The notes under the pieces are model-generated. The model ran no database searches and was not told the DNA's origin. It saw only the letters and a list, made by a program, of their open reading frames with translations. Positions 8,819 to 18,600 of a DNA stretch of 64,000 nucleotides are shown here, in pieces (position 1 is the stretch's first letter; the number at the start of each line of letters is the position of its first letter). A program made the position numbers and the translations under genes. This stretch comes from an uncultured Flavobacteriales bacterium. Lineage in GTDB: Bacteria; Bacteroidota; Bacteroidia; Flavobacteriales; Weeksellaceae. The stretch is taken from NCBI GenBank assembly GCA_937876095.1, contig CALFIE010000006.1:10624-74623 (forward strand). The letters are read 5' to 3'.

Positions 8819-9478
8819 TTATGATGTTCCTGCGGCTTTTATGATATCATCTCCTTCTAAAATAGGTTTCTGATAACCATTTTTTGCAACATTTGTCATT
8901 GCTGTTGCCAATTCCTCATTGGTTGTAAAACCTTTTGCGTAGAATTTTCTTCCGAGAGGATACATCCAATTCACATATTTGTAATATTTGTTCACTCGTT
9001 TCATATCGCCATCAAGTGGTTTTATGAAACCAGGGCGAAAACAATAGGCGTTTTTACCGAAAATTTTAATCAGATCGTTCTCTGTTTTTCCTTTCACTGC
9101 AGACCAACCAGAACCTTTCTCATTAGAATCGGTACCTGCACCAGAAATGTAGCAAAATTTTCCTTGCGGATTTTGATGATGAAAAATTTCTGCAAAATGT
9201 AAAGTTAACGTGTAGGTAATTTTGTAATACTCGTCTTTCGGAAGTCCAACCGAAGAAATCCCGAGACAAAATAACACCGCATCAAACCCAGAAAATTGAT
9301 TTTGAATCGGCGTTAAATCATAAAAATTATCCACCAAAATTTCACGAAGTTTTGGGTGCGAAATTCCACTTGGTTTTCTGCTTACAGAGAGTACTTCTTC
9401 TACATCGTTTCTTTGCAAAATCGTGTGCAAAGTTCCTTCTCCTACCATTCCTGTTGCACCAGTAAGAATTATTTTCAT
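8819..9478 (-). CDS. NAD(P)H-binding protein (atypical SDR / NmrA-like)
   Basis: 219 aa; Rossmann motif ILTGATGMVGEG at the N-terminus. Confidence 0.6.
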   Translation of the reverse strand: MKIILTGATGMVGEGTLHTILQRNDVEEVLSVSRKPSGISHPKLREILVDNFYDLTPIQNQFSGFDAVLFCLGISSVGLPKDEYYKITYTLTLHFAEIFHHQNPQGKFCYISGAGTDSNEKGSGWSAVKGKTENDLIKIFGKNAYCFRPGFIKPLDGDMKRVNKYYKYVNWMYPLGRKFYAKGFTTNEELATAMTNVAKNGYQKPILEGDDIIKAAGTS

Positions 9479-9593
9479 TGTTTATTATTAAAGTAAATCA
9501 AAGGTAACCAAATCATTAGTTAAAACCAATTAAAAAAAAAGCGAAATCTTAGAGGTGATGCACATTTCAATAGCACAAAAATAGGTCGAAAAA

Positions 9594-10829
9594 CTACTCT
9601 TCTACTATTTTTTCCGCCTGTATTTCACCATAAACCAACCAATTTCTTACAATAAATGCAACTATTACAGACAAAATTCCTGTAATTACCAGAAAATATT
9701 GCAACAAACTCAGACCTTTAAACACAAAAGAAAACACCAAGATTGCTACTGCACAAATGAAAATGATGCCTCTCATTTGCAGCCCTTTTCTTCTGTCTTC
9801 TATCACAAAATCCAGAAAATAAGTAATAACCAAAACGCTCAGTAAATACAGCGCGATTCTAAGTCCAAAATTATCTTGTGCTTCTTGTAATTTTACTAAA
9901 TCGTGGTGAAAATACGCAGTAAAAATTTCGTGAAAACTTATCGCAATTAATCCTAAAAACATCAGCGTTGGAATAAAACTCAATTCTAAATACGTTGCGT
10001 TGTGAAAACCTTTTTTTGCATTCCTGTTCCCAACTAAATCGAAAAAAATCCACCATAAAATAAAGGTAATTACAATACCTAATGTGAAAATGGCTAAATT
10101 TTGAAAATTAAGGTCTTTTGCTTCTGAAATTCCGTTAATCACCGCCAAAACTACTTCGCCAAAAACAATGGTAGTTATGAGTCCCAATCGTTCCATCATA
10201 GATGATGATAGTGTAACATCTGTATTGCTATTTTTAATCAATTTAAAATTAAAAAATGCAGGCAAAAAATTAAGTAAGAGCGCAATATAAAAAATAACTC
10301 TAATGAAAACTGGTCGAGTTTCACCGACATCAAAAAACAAGGTAACTCCCATCAAACTAAATGAAATGAGATACAAAACGGTATAAGGAATATTGAGTTT
10401 TCTGGTTGCTTTATTATAAAAATTTAAGCTCAACCAAATATAAGTGATGTACAGCTGCAAACACATCATAGCAACAGTAGTTCTGAAAAATACTTTATCT
10501 GGTGAACTACCAAAAGAAACAATTAAAATCGCCACCAAAAGCATTTGCCAAAGTGTGATAAACCGACTTCTAAGTCCGTTGTTCCCTGTAAAATCGTGGT
10601 ACAAACTACCATTTAGCCAACCCCAATATACAAATCCGAAAACACACACATAATCTAAAAACCCCTCAAAATCTGAATGTTGTGTAAAATAGGTAGTCAA
10701 TCTAGAAATAGCAATTACATAAATCAAATCATAAAAAAGTTCTAACCAACTGATTTTTCGTTCAGACAAATTGGCGTCGAATTGACGTGGTGCTCCCCAA
10801 ATTTTTGCTCGGGAAATCGGATGCGGCAT
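9594..10829 (-). CDS. low-temperature-requirement protein A (LtrA) family membrane protein
   Basis: about 410 aa from MPHPISRAK; polytopic; LtrA-like N-terminal motif (ISWLELFYDLIYVIAISRL). Confidence 0.65.
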   Translation of the reverse strand: MPHPISRAKIWGAPRQFDANLSERKISWLELFYDLIYVIAISRLTTYFTQHSDFEGFLDYVCVFGFVYWGWLNGSLYHDFTGNNGLRSRFITLWQMLLVAILIVSFGSSPDKVFFRTTVAMMCLQLYITYIWLSLNFYNKATRKLNIPYTVLYLISFSLMGVTLFFDVGETRPVFIRVIFYIALLLNFLPAFFNFKLIKNSNTDVTLSSSMMERLGLITTIVFGEVVLAVINGISEAKDLNFQNLAIFTLGIVITFILWWIFFDLVGNRNAKKGFHNATYLELSFIPTLMFLGLIAISFHEIFTAYFHHDLVKLQEAQDNFGLRIALYLLSVLVITYFLDFVIEDRRKGLQMRGIIFICAVAILVFSFVFKGLSLLQYFLVITGILSVIVAFIVRNWLVYGEIQAEKIVEE

Positions 10830-10940
10830 ATTTCTATAATTTGAATTCAAAAATAGAAATTTTATTCTACATTTACGCCTTATTTTTAAGGTAAAAACCA
10901 ATTTCATTCGTCTTGATGAAAGTAATATTCTTCATCTTTT

Positions 10941-12068
10941 ATGAAAAAAACTTTTAAAATTTTAAAAAAAATAATGATCTCTTTACTTGCCATTATTGCG
11001 CTGTTTTCAGTAGCAACTTATCTGTTTATGCAACAACCAAAATTCGGAAAAGCACCTTCTGGAAAGCGTTTAGAACGAATTTTGAAATCCACAAATTATA
11101 AAGATGGCGCATTCCAAAACTTGAGTGAAACGCCCAATTTCCCAAAAGACACCAATGTTTTTGCGGTGATGTATCGCTTTTTCTTTAAAAAAAGTAAAGA
11201 GGTCACCCCGAAAAAACCCTTTGTTTTCGAGAAAACCGATTTAAAAAATCTAAATTCAAACGAAAATATTTATGTTTGGCTTGGTCATTCCTCTTATTTT
11301 TTGCAATTGGATGGAAAAAAATTTTTAATAGATCCTGTTTTGAGTGATGCTGCAAGTCCGATTTCTTTTACTACCAAAGCATTTGCAGGAACCGATTTGT
11401 ACACAACTGATGATTTCCCTGAATTAGACGGACTGATTATTTCACACGATCATTGGGATCATTTGGATTTTGAAACGGTCACTAAACTCCGACCAAAAGT
11501 GAAAAAAGTAATTACAGGACTCGGAACTGGTGAACATTTGGAATTTTGGAAGTACGATCCTGCAAAAATTATAGAATTAGATTGGTACGAAAATTCAGAT
11601 TTAGGCGATGGTTTCAAGATAAATGCAGAACCAGCGCGACATTTTTCTGGGCGTGGTTTCAAAAGAAATGGCGCGATTTGGGCAAGTTTTGTATTAGAAA
11701 CTCCGAGTAAAAAAATCTATATTGGTGGCGATTCTGGTTATGATTCGCATTTCAAAAAAATTGGAGAAAAATACGGCAGTTTAGATTTGGCAATTCTAGA
11801 AACCGGACAATACAACCAAGATTGGCGCTACATACATATGATTCCTGCGCAACAATTGCAGGCAATGAAAGATCTGAATTCAAAACGAATAATACCAGTA
11901 CATAATTCCAAATTTGCTTTATCTACTCATTCTTGGTACGAACCTTTGGATAAAATCACCGAATTGAGCACCGAAAATCTACGGATTATCACTCCAAAAA
12001 TCGGTGAAAAAGTAATTTGGGAAGACGATACCAAAATCTATGAAAAATGGTGGAAGAAGTATGAATGA
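10941..12068 (+). CDS. MBL-fold metallo-hydrolase (RomA-like)
   Basis: 375 aa; N-terminal TM helix; HxHxDH-type motif ISHDHWDHLD and preceding LGHSSYFLQ. Confidence 0.7.
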   Translation: MKKTFKILKKIMISLLAIIALFSVATYLFMQQPKFGKAPSGKRLERILKSTNYKDGAFQNLSETPNFPKDTNVFAVMYRFFFKKSKEVTPKKPFVFEKTDLKNLNSNENIYVWLGHSSYFLQLDGKKFLIDPVLSDAASPISFTTKAFAGTDLYTTDDFPELDGLIISHDHWDHLDFETVTKLRPKVKKVITGLGTGEHLEFWKYDPAKIIELDWYENSDLGDGFKINAEPARHFSGRGFKRNGAIWASFVLETPSKKIYIGGDSGYDSHFKKIGEKYGSLDLAILETGQYNQDWRYIHMIPAQQLQAMKDLNSKRIIPVHNSKFALSTHSWYEPLDKITELSTENLRIITPKIGEKVIWEDDTKIYEKWWKKYE

Positions 12069-12119
12069 GGATGAGTTATGAGTTATGAGTTTTAAGTTAT
12101 GAATTATGAGATATGAGTT
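12061..12119. repeat. tandem heptamer array ATGA(G/A)TT, about 7 units, beginning within the stop codon of the MBL gene
   Basis: ATGAATGAGGATGAGTTATGAGTTATGAGTTttaagttATGAATTATGAGatATGAGTTA. Confidence 0.6.
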
Positions 12120-12126
12120 ACAAAGT

Positions 12127-12200
12127 TTTTGTCATTCCGTAGGAATCTAAATTGTTTTATTTCATTGAGTTGAGATTCTTTCAGAATGACAAAGAAACTT
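12127..12200. repeat. palindromic element copy A (termini TTTTGTCATTC...GAATGACAAAG)
   Basis: about 23-bp imperfect inverted arms gtttttgtcattccgtaggaatc / gattctttcagaatgacaaagaaac around a 27-bp AT-rich centre; related copy at 22455..22550. Confidence 0.5.
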
Positions 12201-12369
12201 TTAAAGACTGCATAATTACAGAAAGCGAACATTAAAATTTTTAAAAGTCAACTGCATTAATAGTTCTAGTTTTTTCCATAAGTAACGTATTAAGACTTTC
12301 AATTTTTTAAAAAGTTGTATTTCATTAATTCTAAAAAAAATCGTTGTTTCTTCAACTCTTATTTTATTT

Positions 12370-12377
12370 GTATTTTT
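12370..12377 (+). promoter_or_regulatory. candidate Bacteroidota -7 promoter box (TAnnTTTG) for the thiolase gene
   Basis: TATTTTTG 20 nt upstream of the ATG at 12397; motif match only. Confidence 0.25.
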
Positions 12378-12396
12378 GGAAATCTAAATTTATGAT

Positions 12397-13608
12397 ATGA
12401 AAAATGCGTACCTTATAGACGGATCGCGCTCTGCAATTGGGAATTTCAAAGGAAGTTTATCTGCGGTAAGAACCGATGATTTGTTGGCTCAAGTTTTAAA
12501 AAATTTGATTAAAAAATTTCCAAATTTACCATTAGACAAAATAGATGATGTAATTATTGGCTGTGCAAACCAAGCTGGCGAAGACAATCGAAATGTAGCA
12601 AGAATGGCACTACTTTTAGCAGGAATTCCGGTTTCTGTTCCTGGTGAAACAGTGAATAGATTGTGCGCATCTGGAATGAGCGCAATTGCACAAGCAATGA
12701 GAGCCATCAAATCTGGTGAAGGTGATTTATTTATTTCAGGTGGTGTAGAAGGAATGTCTAGAGCACCTTTTGTACTTTCAAAAGCAGAAAATGCATTTGC
12801 AACCGACCAAAAAATGTACGACAGTAGTTTCGGATGGAGATTCATCAATCCAGAAATGGAAAAATTATACGGTACCGAATCTATGGGAAAAACCGCCGAA
12901 AATTTGGCAGAAATGTTCCAAATTTCTAGAGAAGAACAAGATGAATTTGCGTTGCAATCCCAATTAAAAGCTAAAAAAGCCCAACAAAATGGCAGATTTT
13001 CTCTGGAAATTGGTGATATTGCAATTCCTCAAAAAAAAGGAGATGCTTTAATTTTTAATAAAGATGAATTCATAAAACCTAATAGCAATTTGGAAATTTT
13101 GGGAAAACTGAAACCAGCTTTCCTAAAAGAAAACGGAACCGTAACTGCAGGAAATTCCTCTGGATTGAATGATGGTGCTGCTGCTGTTTTGATTGCTTCA
13201 GACGACGCAATTAACAACTACAATCTCAAACCTATGGCAAAAATTGTAGCAAGTGCAGTAACTGGAGTTGCGCCAAGAATTATGGGAATCGGACCAGTAG
13301 AAGCAACCAAATTAGCACTGAAAAGAGCCAATTTAACTTTGGATCAAATAGATATCATAGAACTGAATGAGGCTTTCGCAGCGCAAAGTATCGCTTGTCT
13401 GAAAGCACTACATATAGCAAACAACGACGAAAGAGTGAATAGAAATGGTGGTGCAATTGCACTTGGTCATCCTCTCGGAATGAGCGGAACCAGAATTACT
13501 CATTCTGCAGCACTCGAATTGCAAAAATCTGGCAAAAAATATGCATTAGCAACTATGTGTATAGGAGTCGGACAAGGTTATGCAGTGATTTTGGAAAATG
13601 TACAATAA
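12397..13608 (+). CDS. acetyl-CoA C-acyltransferase (3-ketoacyl-CoA thiolase)
   Basis: 403 aa; thiolase signatures (NRLCASGMSAI active-site Cys region; C-terminal NGGAIALGHPLGMSGTR and CIGVGQG). Confidence 0.85.
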   Translation: MKNAYLIDGSRSAIGNFKGSLSAVRTDDLLAQVLKNLIKKFPNLPLDKIDDVIIGCANQAGEDNRNVARMALLLAGIPVSVPGETVNRLCASGMSAIAQAMRAIKSGEGDLFISGGVEGMSRAPFVLSKAENAFATDQKMYDSSFGWRFINPEMEKLYGTESMGKTAENLAEMFQISREEQDEFALQSQLKAKKAQQNGRFSLEIGDIAIPQKKGDALIFNKDEFIKPNSNLEILGKLKPAFLKENGTVTAGNSSGLNDGAAAVLIASDDAINNYNLKPMAKIVASAVTGVAPRIMGIGPVEATKLALKRANLTLDQIDIIELNEAFAAQSIACLKALHIANNDERVNRNGGAIALGHPLGMSGTRITHSAALELQKSGKKYALATMCIGVGQGYAVILENVQ

Positions 13609-13612
13609 ACAA

Positions 13613-13645
13613 AAAAGCATCAAAAAAATTTTGATGCTTTTTCAT
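13613..13645. terminator. bidirectional terminator between thiolase (+) and VOC gene (-)
   Basis: AAAGCATCAAAA-aaat-TTTGATGCTTT flanked by A/T runs. Confidence 0.5.
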
Positions 13646-13661
13646 TTAATATTTCTTCAAA

Positions 13662-14093
13662 TTAAGCAGGAGTTTCGTCGTAATTCACCATCCAGTTAAC
13701 TCCGAATTTATCTGTCCACATTCCGAAATAGGCTCCCCAAAATGTATCTTGCAATGGCATTGTAATTACACCACCTTCTGATAATTTATTGAAGTAATTT
13801 TCAGCTTCTGCTTTTGAATTGGTATTCAACGACAAAGAAAAATTATTTCCTGCAACTAATTCTTCACAACCATTGCTATCACTTCCCATCAACATGGTTT
13901 CTTCAGAAATTGGTAAAGATACGTGCATAATTTTATTCTTATCCTCTTCAGAAATAGGTGGCATTCCTTCTTGTGGTGGCATATCACCAAATTTTCCTAT
14001 ATAAGGGAATTCTCCGCCAAAAACGGATTTATAGAAATTAAATGCTTCGGCACAATTTCCATTGAAAGTTAAGTACACATTTACTGTTGCCAT
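13662..14093 (-). CDS. VOC-family protein (PhnB-like glyoxalase/bleomycin-resistance fold)
   Basis: 143 aa; MATVNVYLTFNGNCAEAFNFYKSVFGG... matches the PhnB/3-demethylubiquinone-like VOC pattern. Confidence 0.6.
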   Translation of the reverse strand: MATVNVYLTFNGNCAEAFNFYKSVFGGEFPYIGKFGDMPPQEGMPPISEEDKNKIMHVSLPISEETMLMGSDSNGCEELVAGNNFSLSLNTNSKAEAENYFNKLSEGGVITMPLQDTFWGAYFGMWTDKFGVNWMVNYDETPA

Positions 14094-14133
14094 ATTTTTA
14101 TTGTTTTTTTCAAGTTAAATATTTTTATTTCTA

Positions 14134-14583
14134 TTATCTATGTTGATCAATTAAGATCGGATTTCCATCTGGATCTTTCAAGAAAATGTAATCTGGACCT
14201 TTGGTTTTTTCATCTGCTTCTCTGTCGAGTTTTACACCCTCTTTCTTCAAAATTTTCTGAATTTCTCGAACGTCAGTAAAAGGATTTACTTCTTGTGCAT
14301 TTTGGTCCCAACCTGGATTGAAGGTGATTGTATTTACTGGAAACATTCCTTGGAAAAGTCCTATTACGGTGTTTCCGTTTTTCAGAACAATCCAGTTTTG
14401 GTCTATATTTCCGTTTTTGTAGGTAAAACCTAATTTTTGGTAAAATTCTACCGATTTTTTGAGGTCTTTTACGTTTAGACTTACAGAGAATGCTCCAAGT
14501 TCCAAATTTTTAGAAGTATTTTGGGTGGTCTGTGAAAACACAAAATTGCTCATTAAAAGCAAAAAAAATAGTATTTTTTTCAT
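14134..14583 (-). CDS. secreted VOC-family (glyoxalase-like) protein
   Basis: 149 aa; signal peptide MKKILFFLLLMSNFVFSQ; glyoxalase-like core (LGFTYKNGNIDQNWIVLKNGNTVIGLFQG...FLKDPDGNPILIDQH). Confidence 0.55.
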   Translation of the reverse strand: MKKILFFLLLMSNFVFSQTTQNTSKNLELGAFSVSLNVKDLKKSVEFYQKLGFTYKNGNIDQNWIVLKNGNTVIGLFQGMFPVNTITFNPGWDQNAQEVNPFTDVREIQKILKKEGVKLDREADEKTKGPDYIFLKDPDGNPILIDQHR

Positions 14584-15056
14584 TAGTTATCGGTTTTCCA
14601 GTCTGTTTTATAATCCAGAGTTTTGTCATAACTCACCCAATTTCCAGTGAATTGAATATAAGGACTTTCAATTTTTTCAGTTTTGGGATTCCATTTAAAA
14701 TTAAATACAAATTTCCCTCTGAAAGTTCCTGAATGTTTACCTTTTGGTTCTTCAGAAAGTTCGTATTCACCGTAAACTGTCCCACGTTTTTTGGAATCTT
14801 TATATTTCAAAATTTTGAGTTTTCCTTCAAACTTGGCGTAATTATTATCAACCACCGAATAACCCAAAAGAAAATATTCCTGGTCGTTTTTTTTGTTTTG
14901 TTCAGAAACGGTAATTCTAACTTTGATTTCAGTTTTCTTATCTCCAATTGTACCGATGTAAGGTTGACTATTGTTCATCCAAACAGGAGAAATATCGGGC
15001 ATTTGTGAAAAAACGAATGTTGAAAGTAAAAGAAAAAATAGTACTATTTTTTTCAT
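14583..15056 (-). CDS. hypothetical secreted protein
   Basis: 157 aa; signal peptide MKKIVLFFLLLSTFVFSQ nearly identical to that of the downstream gene; stop/start share a nucleotide with the next gene. Confidence 0.45.
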   Translation of the reverse strand: MKKIVLFFLLLSTFVFSQMPDISPVWMNNSQPYIGTIGDKKTEIKVRITVSEQNKKNDQEYFLLGYSVVDNNYAKFEGKLKILKYKDSKKRGTVYGEYELSEEPKGKHSGTFRGKFVFNFKWNPKTEKIESPYIQFTGNWVSYDKTLDYKTDWKTDN

Positions 15057-15083
15057 TAAAATAAATTAAAAATTAAAAATAAT

Positions 15084-15539
15084 CTAAACCCCAAATTGCT
15101 CCAAATGATGATTGAGATGCTTCGCAAACATATTGTTCCAATCTTGTGCAGAAAGTTTACCAAAACTCAAATTGATTTTCCCATCAAAAGCTGATGCTCC
15201 CAATTGTTGGGTTTTTTGGATGTAACCAATGAGTTTTTTCTTTTCTTCTTCAAAATTTCTATGATCTGAAATAATGAAAACCGGACTGGTTGGCAAACTT
15301 TGTTTGTAAGGTTTTTCATCCACAATTTTTGGTTTTACAAATTTGGTAAGGAAAAATTTGGCAATAAAATTGGGTTTCTTGTGTTTTTCTGGTTCATAAG
15401 CAATGGAATACGCCACATTCATATGTGCTAAAACTTGGTCTACACTCATTTTACCCCATTTTCTTTGGGTTTCTGGAGTGAGTTTATTGATTCGGTCGAT
15501 ATAAGATTGCGCATCTTTTGCATCGAAAATGTTTTGCAT
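15084..15539 (-). CDS. DUF1569 (DinB-like four-helix) domain protein
   Basis: 151 aa; size and pattern (WGKMSVDQVLAHMN...HLNHHLEQFGV) resemble DUF1569. Confidence 0.45.
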   Translation of the reverse strand: MQNIFDAKDAQSYIDRINKLTPETQRKWGKMSVDQVLAHMNVAYSIAYEPEKHKKPNFIAKFFLTKFVKPKIVDEKPYKQSLPTSPVFIISDHRNFEEEKKKLIGYIQKTQQLGASAFDGKINLSFGKLSAQDWNNMFAKHLNHHLEQFGV

Positions 15540-15635
15540 TGTTTTAAAAATTTTGAGAATATCAAAGTTAAAATATTTTTTCGAAATTCTTAAAAAAATA
15601 AAATTGCTCTCAAAATTTTGAGAGCAATTAATTAA

Positions 15636-18600
15636 TTATTCCGAAATAAAAACCTTCGTACCTTGTGTATGCGCGTTCATTTGTGGTGCGTAATAGTTTT
15701 GCAAAGTGGTTATTCCGTTGCTGAAAGTTCCGGCCGAATTGCAGATATAATCGTACTCGAAGACGTATTTTCCTTTGGTCATATATTCTATATAGAAATT
15801 GGTGGAAGCGTCTTTGGTGACTTGGTAATAGCCCAAATTATTTTTCCAATGGTAGCCCGAAAGTACATCTACAGGCTCAAAACCTGCGGCGCGCATATCT
15901 TTCAGATGGATATATTCCATAGGTCGGTCTGTATTCAGAATCATTCTCACAGTGACTTTGTCGCCGATTTTCAGCGGTGAATTTTCAGAAATTTTCTGCA
16001 ATTCTTCACCATTTTCGGTTTTCACTTTTTTGTACAATTCTTTGGTGATAGAAATGTAGGTTTCCGATGATTTAATTTGATCCAAATCTTCGTAATACTG
16101 CCAAAAAAGACCACCTTGCACAATTCCGGCTCCTGGTTTTGTGATGGTTACACTTGCAAGATTTTTATCAATTTTATCGGATTTTACAGATGATTTCACG
16201 TAACCTGTTGCTTTGGTGTCTGGATTTACGAGATCTTTTCCGCCCCAAATTATGGTGGCTTTGTCAGATTCTGCGGAAGTCCACGATTTTCCGGAGTTGA
16301 GAATGGTATATATCACTTCGGAAGTACTTCTGGAAGTGTCCCAACTGGAAACTTCTTTTTGCGTGATAAGCCAAATTTTCATTTCCTCGACCAAATTTTG
16401 GTCGTTGGTTAATTTATTAAACGCTTCTAAAGCACCTGCTTGATTCACGACTTTGCTACTAAACCAACCCCAATCATTCAGGTTTTGTTTCCAATAAACA
16501 CCTTGCGTTTCGCTTTGTACCGAAGTTTCTTTTAGGTAGGTCAATAATTTTTTAGAAATATCTTTCAAACCATATGCATCGAAAAGCAGAGATGCTCTAT
16601 GCAATCCAAAGAAAGTAAAATCGGTGATTTTGGAAGTCTTCGACTTATTTATTACTAATTTTTTCAATGTTGCACCATTTCCGTTCAAAGGATAGTCTTT
16701 TTCCCAATAATGACGTGTGTCGAGGTAATCTAAAGCGAAATTACTCCACACATTTTCTTTTTGTACAATAAAGTAATGGTTGAGTTCGGAATCCACAAAT
16801 TTCACCAATTTAGAAACCATTTCTTTTTGCTCGGAAGACTGATAATCTGCCAAATTTCCTTTCAACCATTCGTTAATTCGACCTAAATTTTTCAAAATAT
16901 AGAGCGAATTTCCGTACGAACTTGGGTAACCTGCATACCAAGAAAAACCTCCGTCTGGATTTTGCAATTTTTTCAGTTCGCTCCAATCTTCATTGATGGA
17001 GTTTCGCATCGTATTTGCATCAAATAATCTCGCCAATTTCGCCATTTGTTCGTCCTCATTTTTGGCATCTAAAACCCAAGGTGTTTCTTCTAACAGCAAT
17101 TGTTTCAGTTCCTGATTTTTTTCAAGATTGCTGGTTAATAAACCTTTACTTTGATATTCATCAAAAACGGTTTTCATTTTTGGATTGGCTTTGAAAATTT
17201 CAGAAGCCAAAACATCAGCAAACCATTTATTGAACACCACATCCGCAGAAAGATTGTTGTCATTTTTCAAACTTGGCAAAGCGAAAATCACTTCCCAAAT
17301 CGGATTGGTCGTCAATTCTAAAGTGTTTGAAACGTTGGTTGCTGTTTTGCTCGGATTTTTCAAATTTTCGATGGTAAAAGTCTTGGTTTGACCTTCTTTC
17401 ACAAAAACTGGAACTGCATCTGTCACCAACATTCTGTTTGGTAAAACCGCAATTGCTTTTTGTTCGCCATCAGAAAAATCGCCAGCTTTCGCAACATTTT
17501 TAATGATAATTGATGAAACATCGGTCGGAACGTTTACATTCCATTGAACAGTTGTACTTCCATTTGCATTTATATCAAAATTTCGCAAATTATCACGAAT
17601 TAACCCGAATTTATCTGTAATATCTGTGTTTGTAAAAGCATCTAAAATTTGCAATTGCGCTGTTCCGTTGAGTTTTTGGGAAGTTAAATTGCTGAGTTTA
17701 GATTTGAAAACCAATTCGTCGCCTTCTCTCAAAAATCTTGGATAATTAGGCGTTACCGAAAATTCTTTTTGAGTAACTACAGTTTTTTCAAGATACGCAC
17801 TTTTTGCATCTTGTGTATGCGCGAGAAACATCAGTTTCCATTGTGTAAGTGCTTCTGGAGAAGTAAATTCAAACGAGACATTGCCATCTTTGTCTGTCAT
17901 TAAATTTGGATAGAAAAATGCGGTTTCATTAAGATTTTGACGAACTGGAACTTTATCAAGATTTTCAATTTTTGCAATATCTTTTGTTTTTACAGAATCT
18001 ACCTTTATTGAAGAAGCTCCTCTAATTAATATTTTATCAGAATTAGCATTTGAAATTTTTAAACCTGCAACTTTTCCTTCTAAATGATCTGCAACCGCCA
18101 TTTCTGCTTGAGGAGTAGGAGCTGTTGCATAACCTAAACTGGCTTTCTCTCTTTTAACACCTAATGCAGTTACTACAACGCCTTCAATATCTTTTCCGTA
18201 AACTCCACCATCAAACCAATTAAAATATGGTTGATTAATTCCGTAACTGTTAAAATATTGTAATCTTTTGCTGTACGATTTTTGTTGCAAACCTTCATTA
18301 ATAGCATATTGAGAAACAAAATATGGTTTATGATATAAATTTTGCCAATGATAAGAATTAGAAGCAAATTGATCTAAAGATTTATCGTACATATTTGCCA
18401 AAACTTCGGCGTTTATTTTTTCATTATCATCACCAAGAATTTTCACACTCCATTTTTCTTTTACGTTCGGTTGCAATTTATCTCTGAAAGTGATGGTTTC
18501 TATACGCAACGGTTTTTTGTCGGATACAATTTTTACATTTTCTGAAACAGTTTGCACATCATTATACGACACCAACTGAAATTGCGCATTCAGATTTTCT

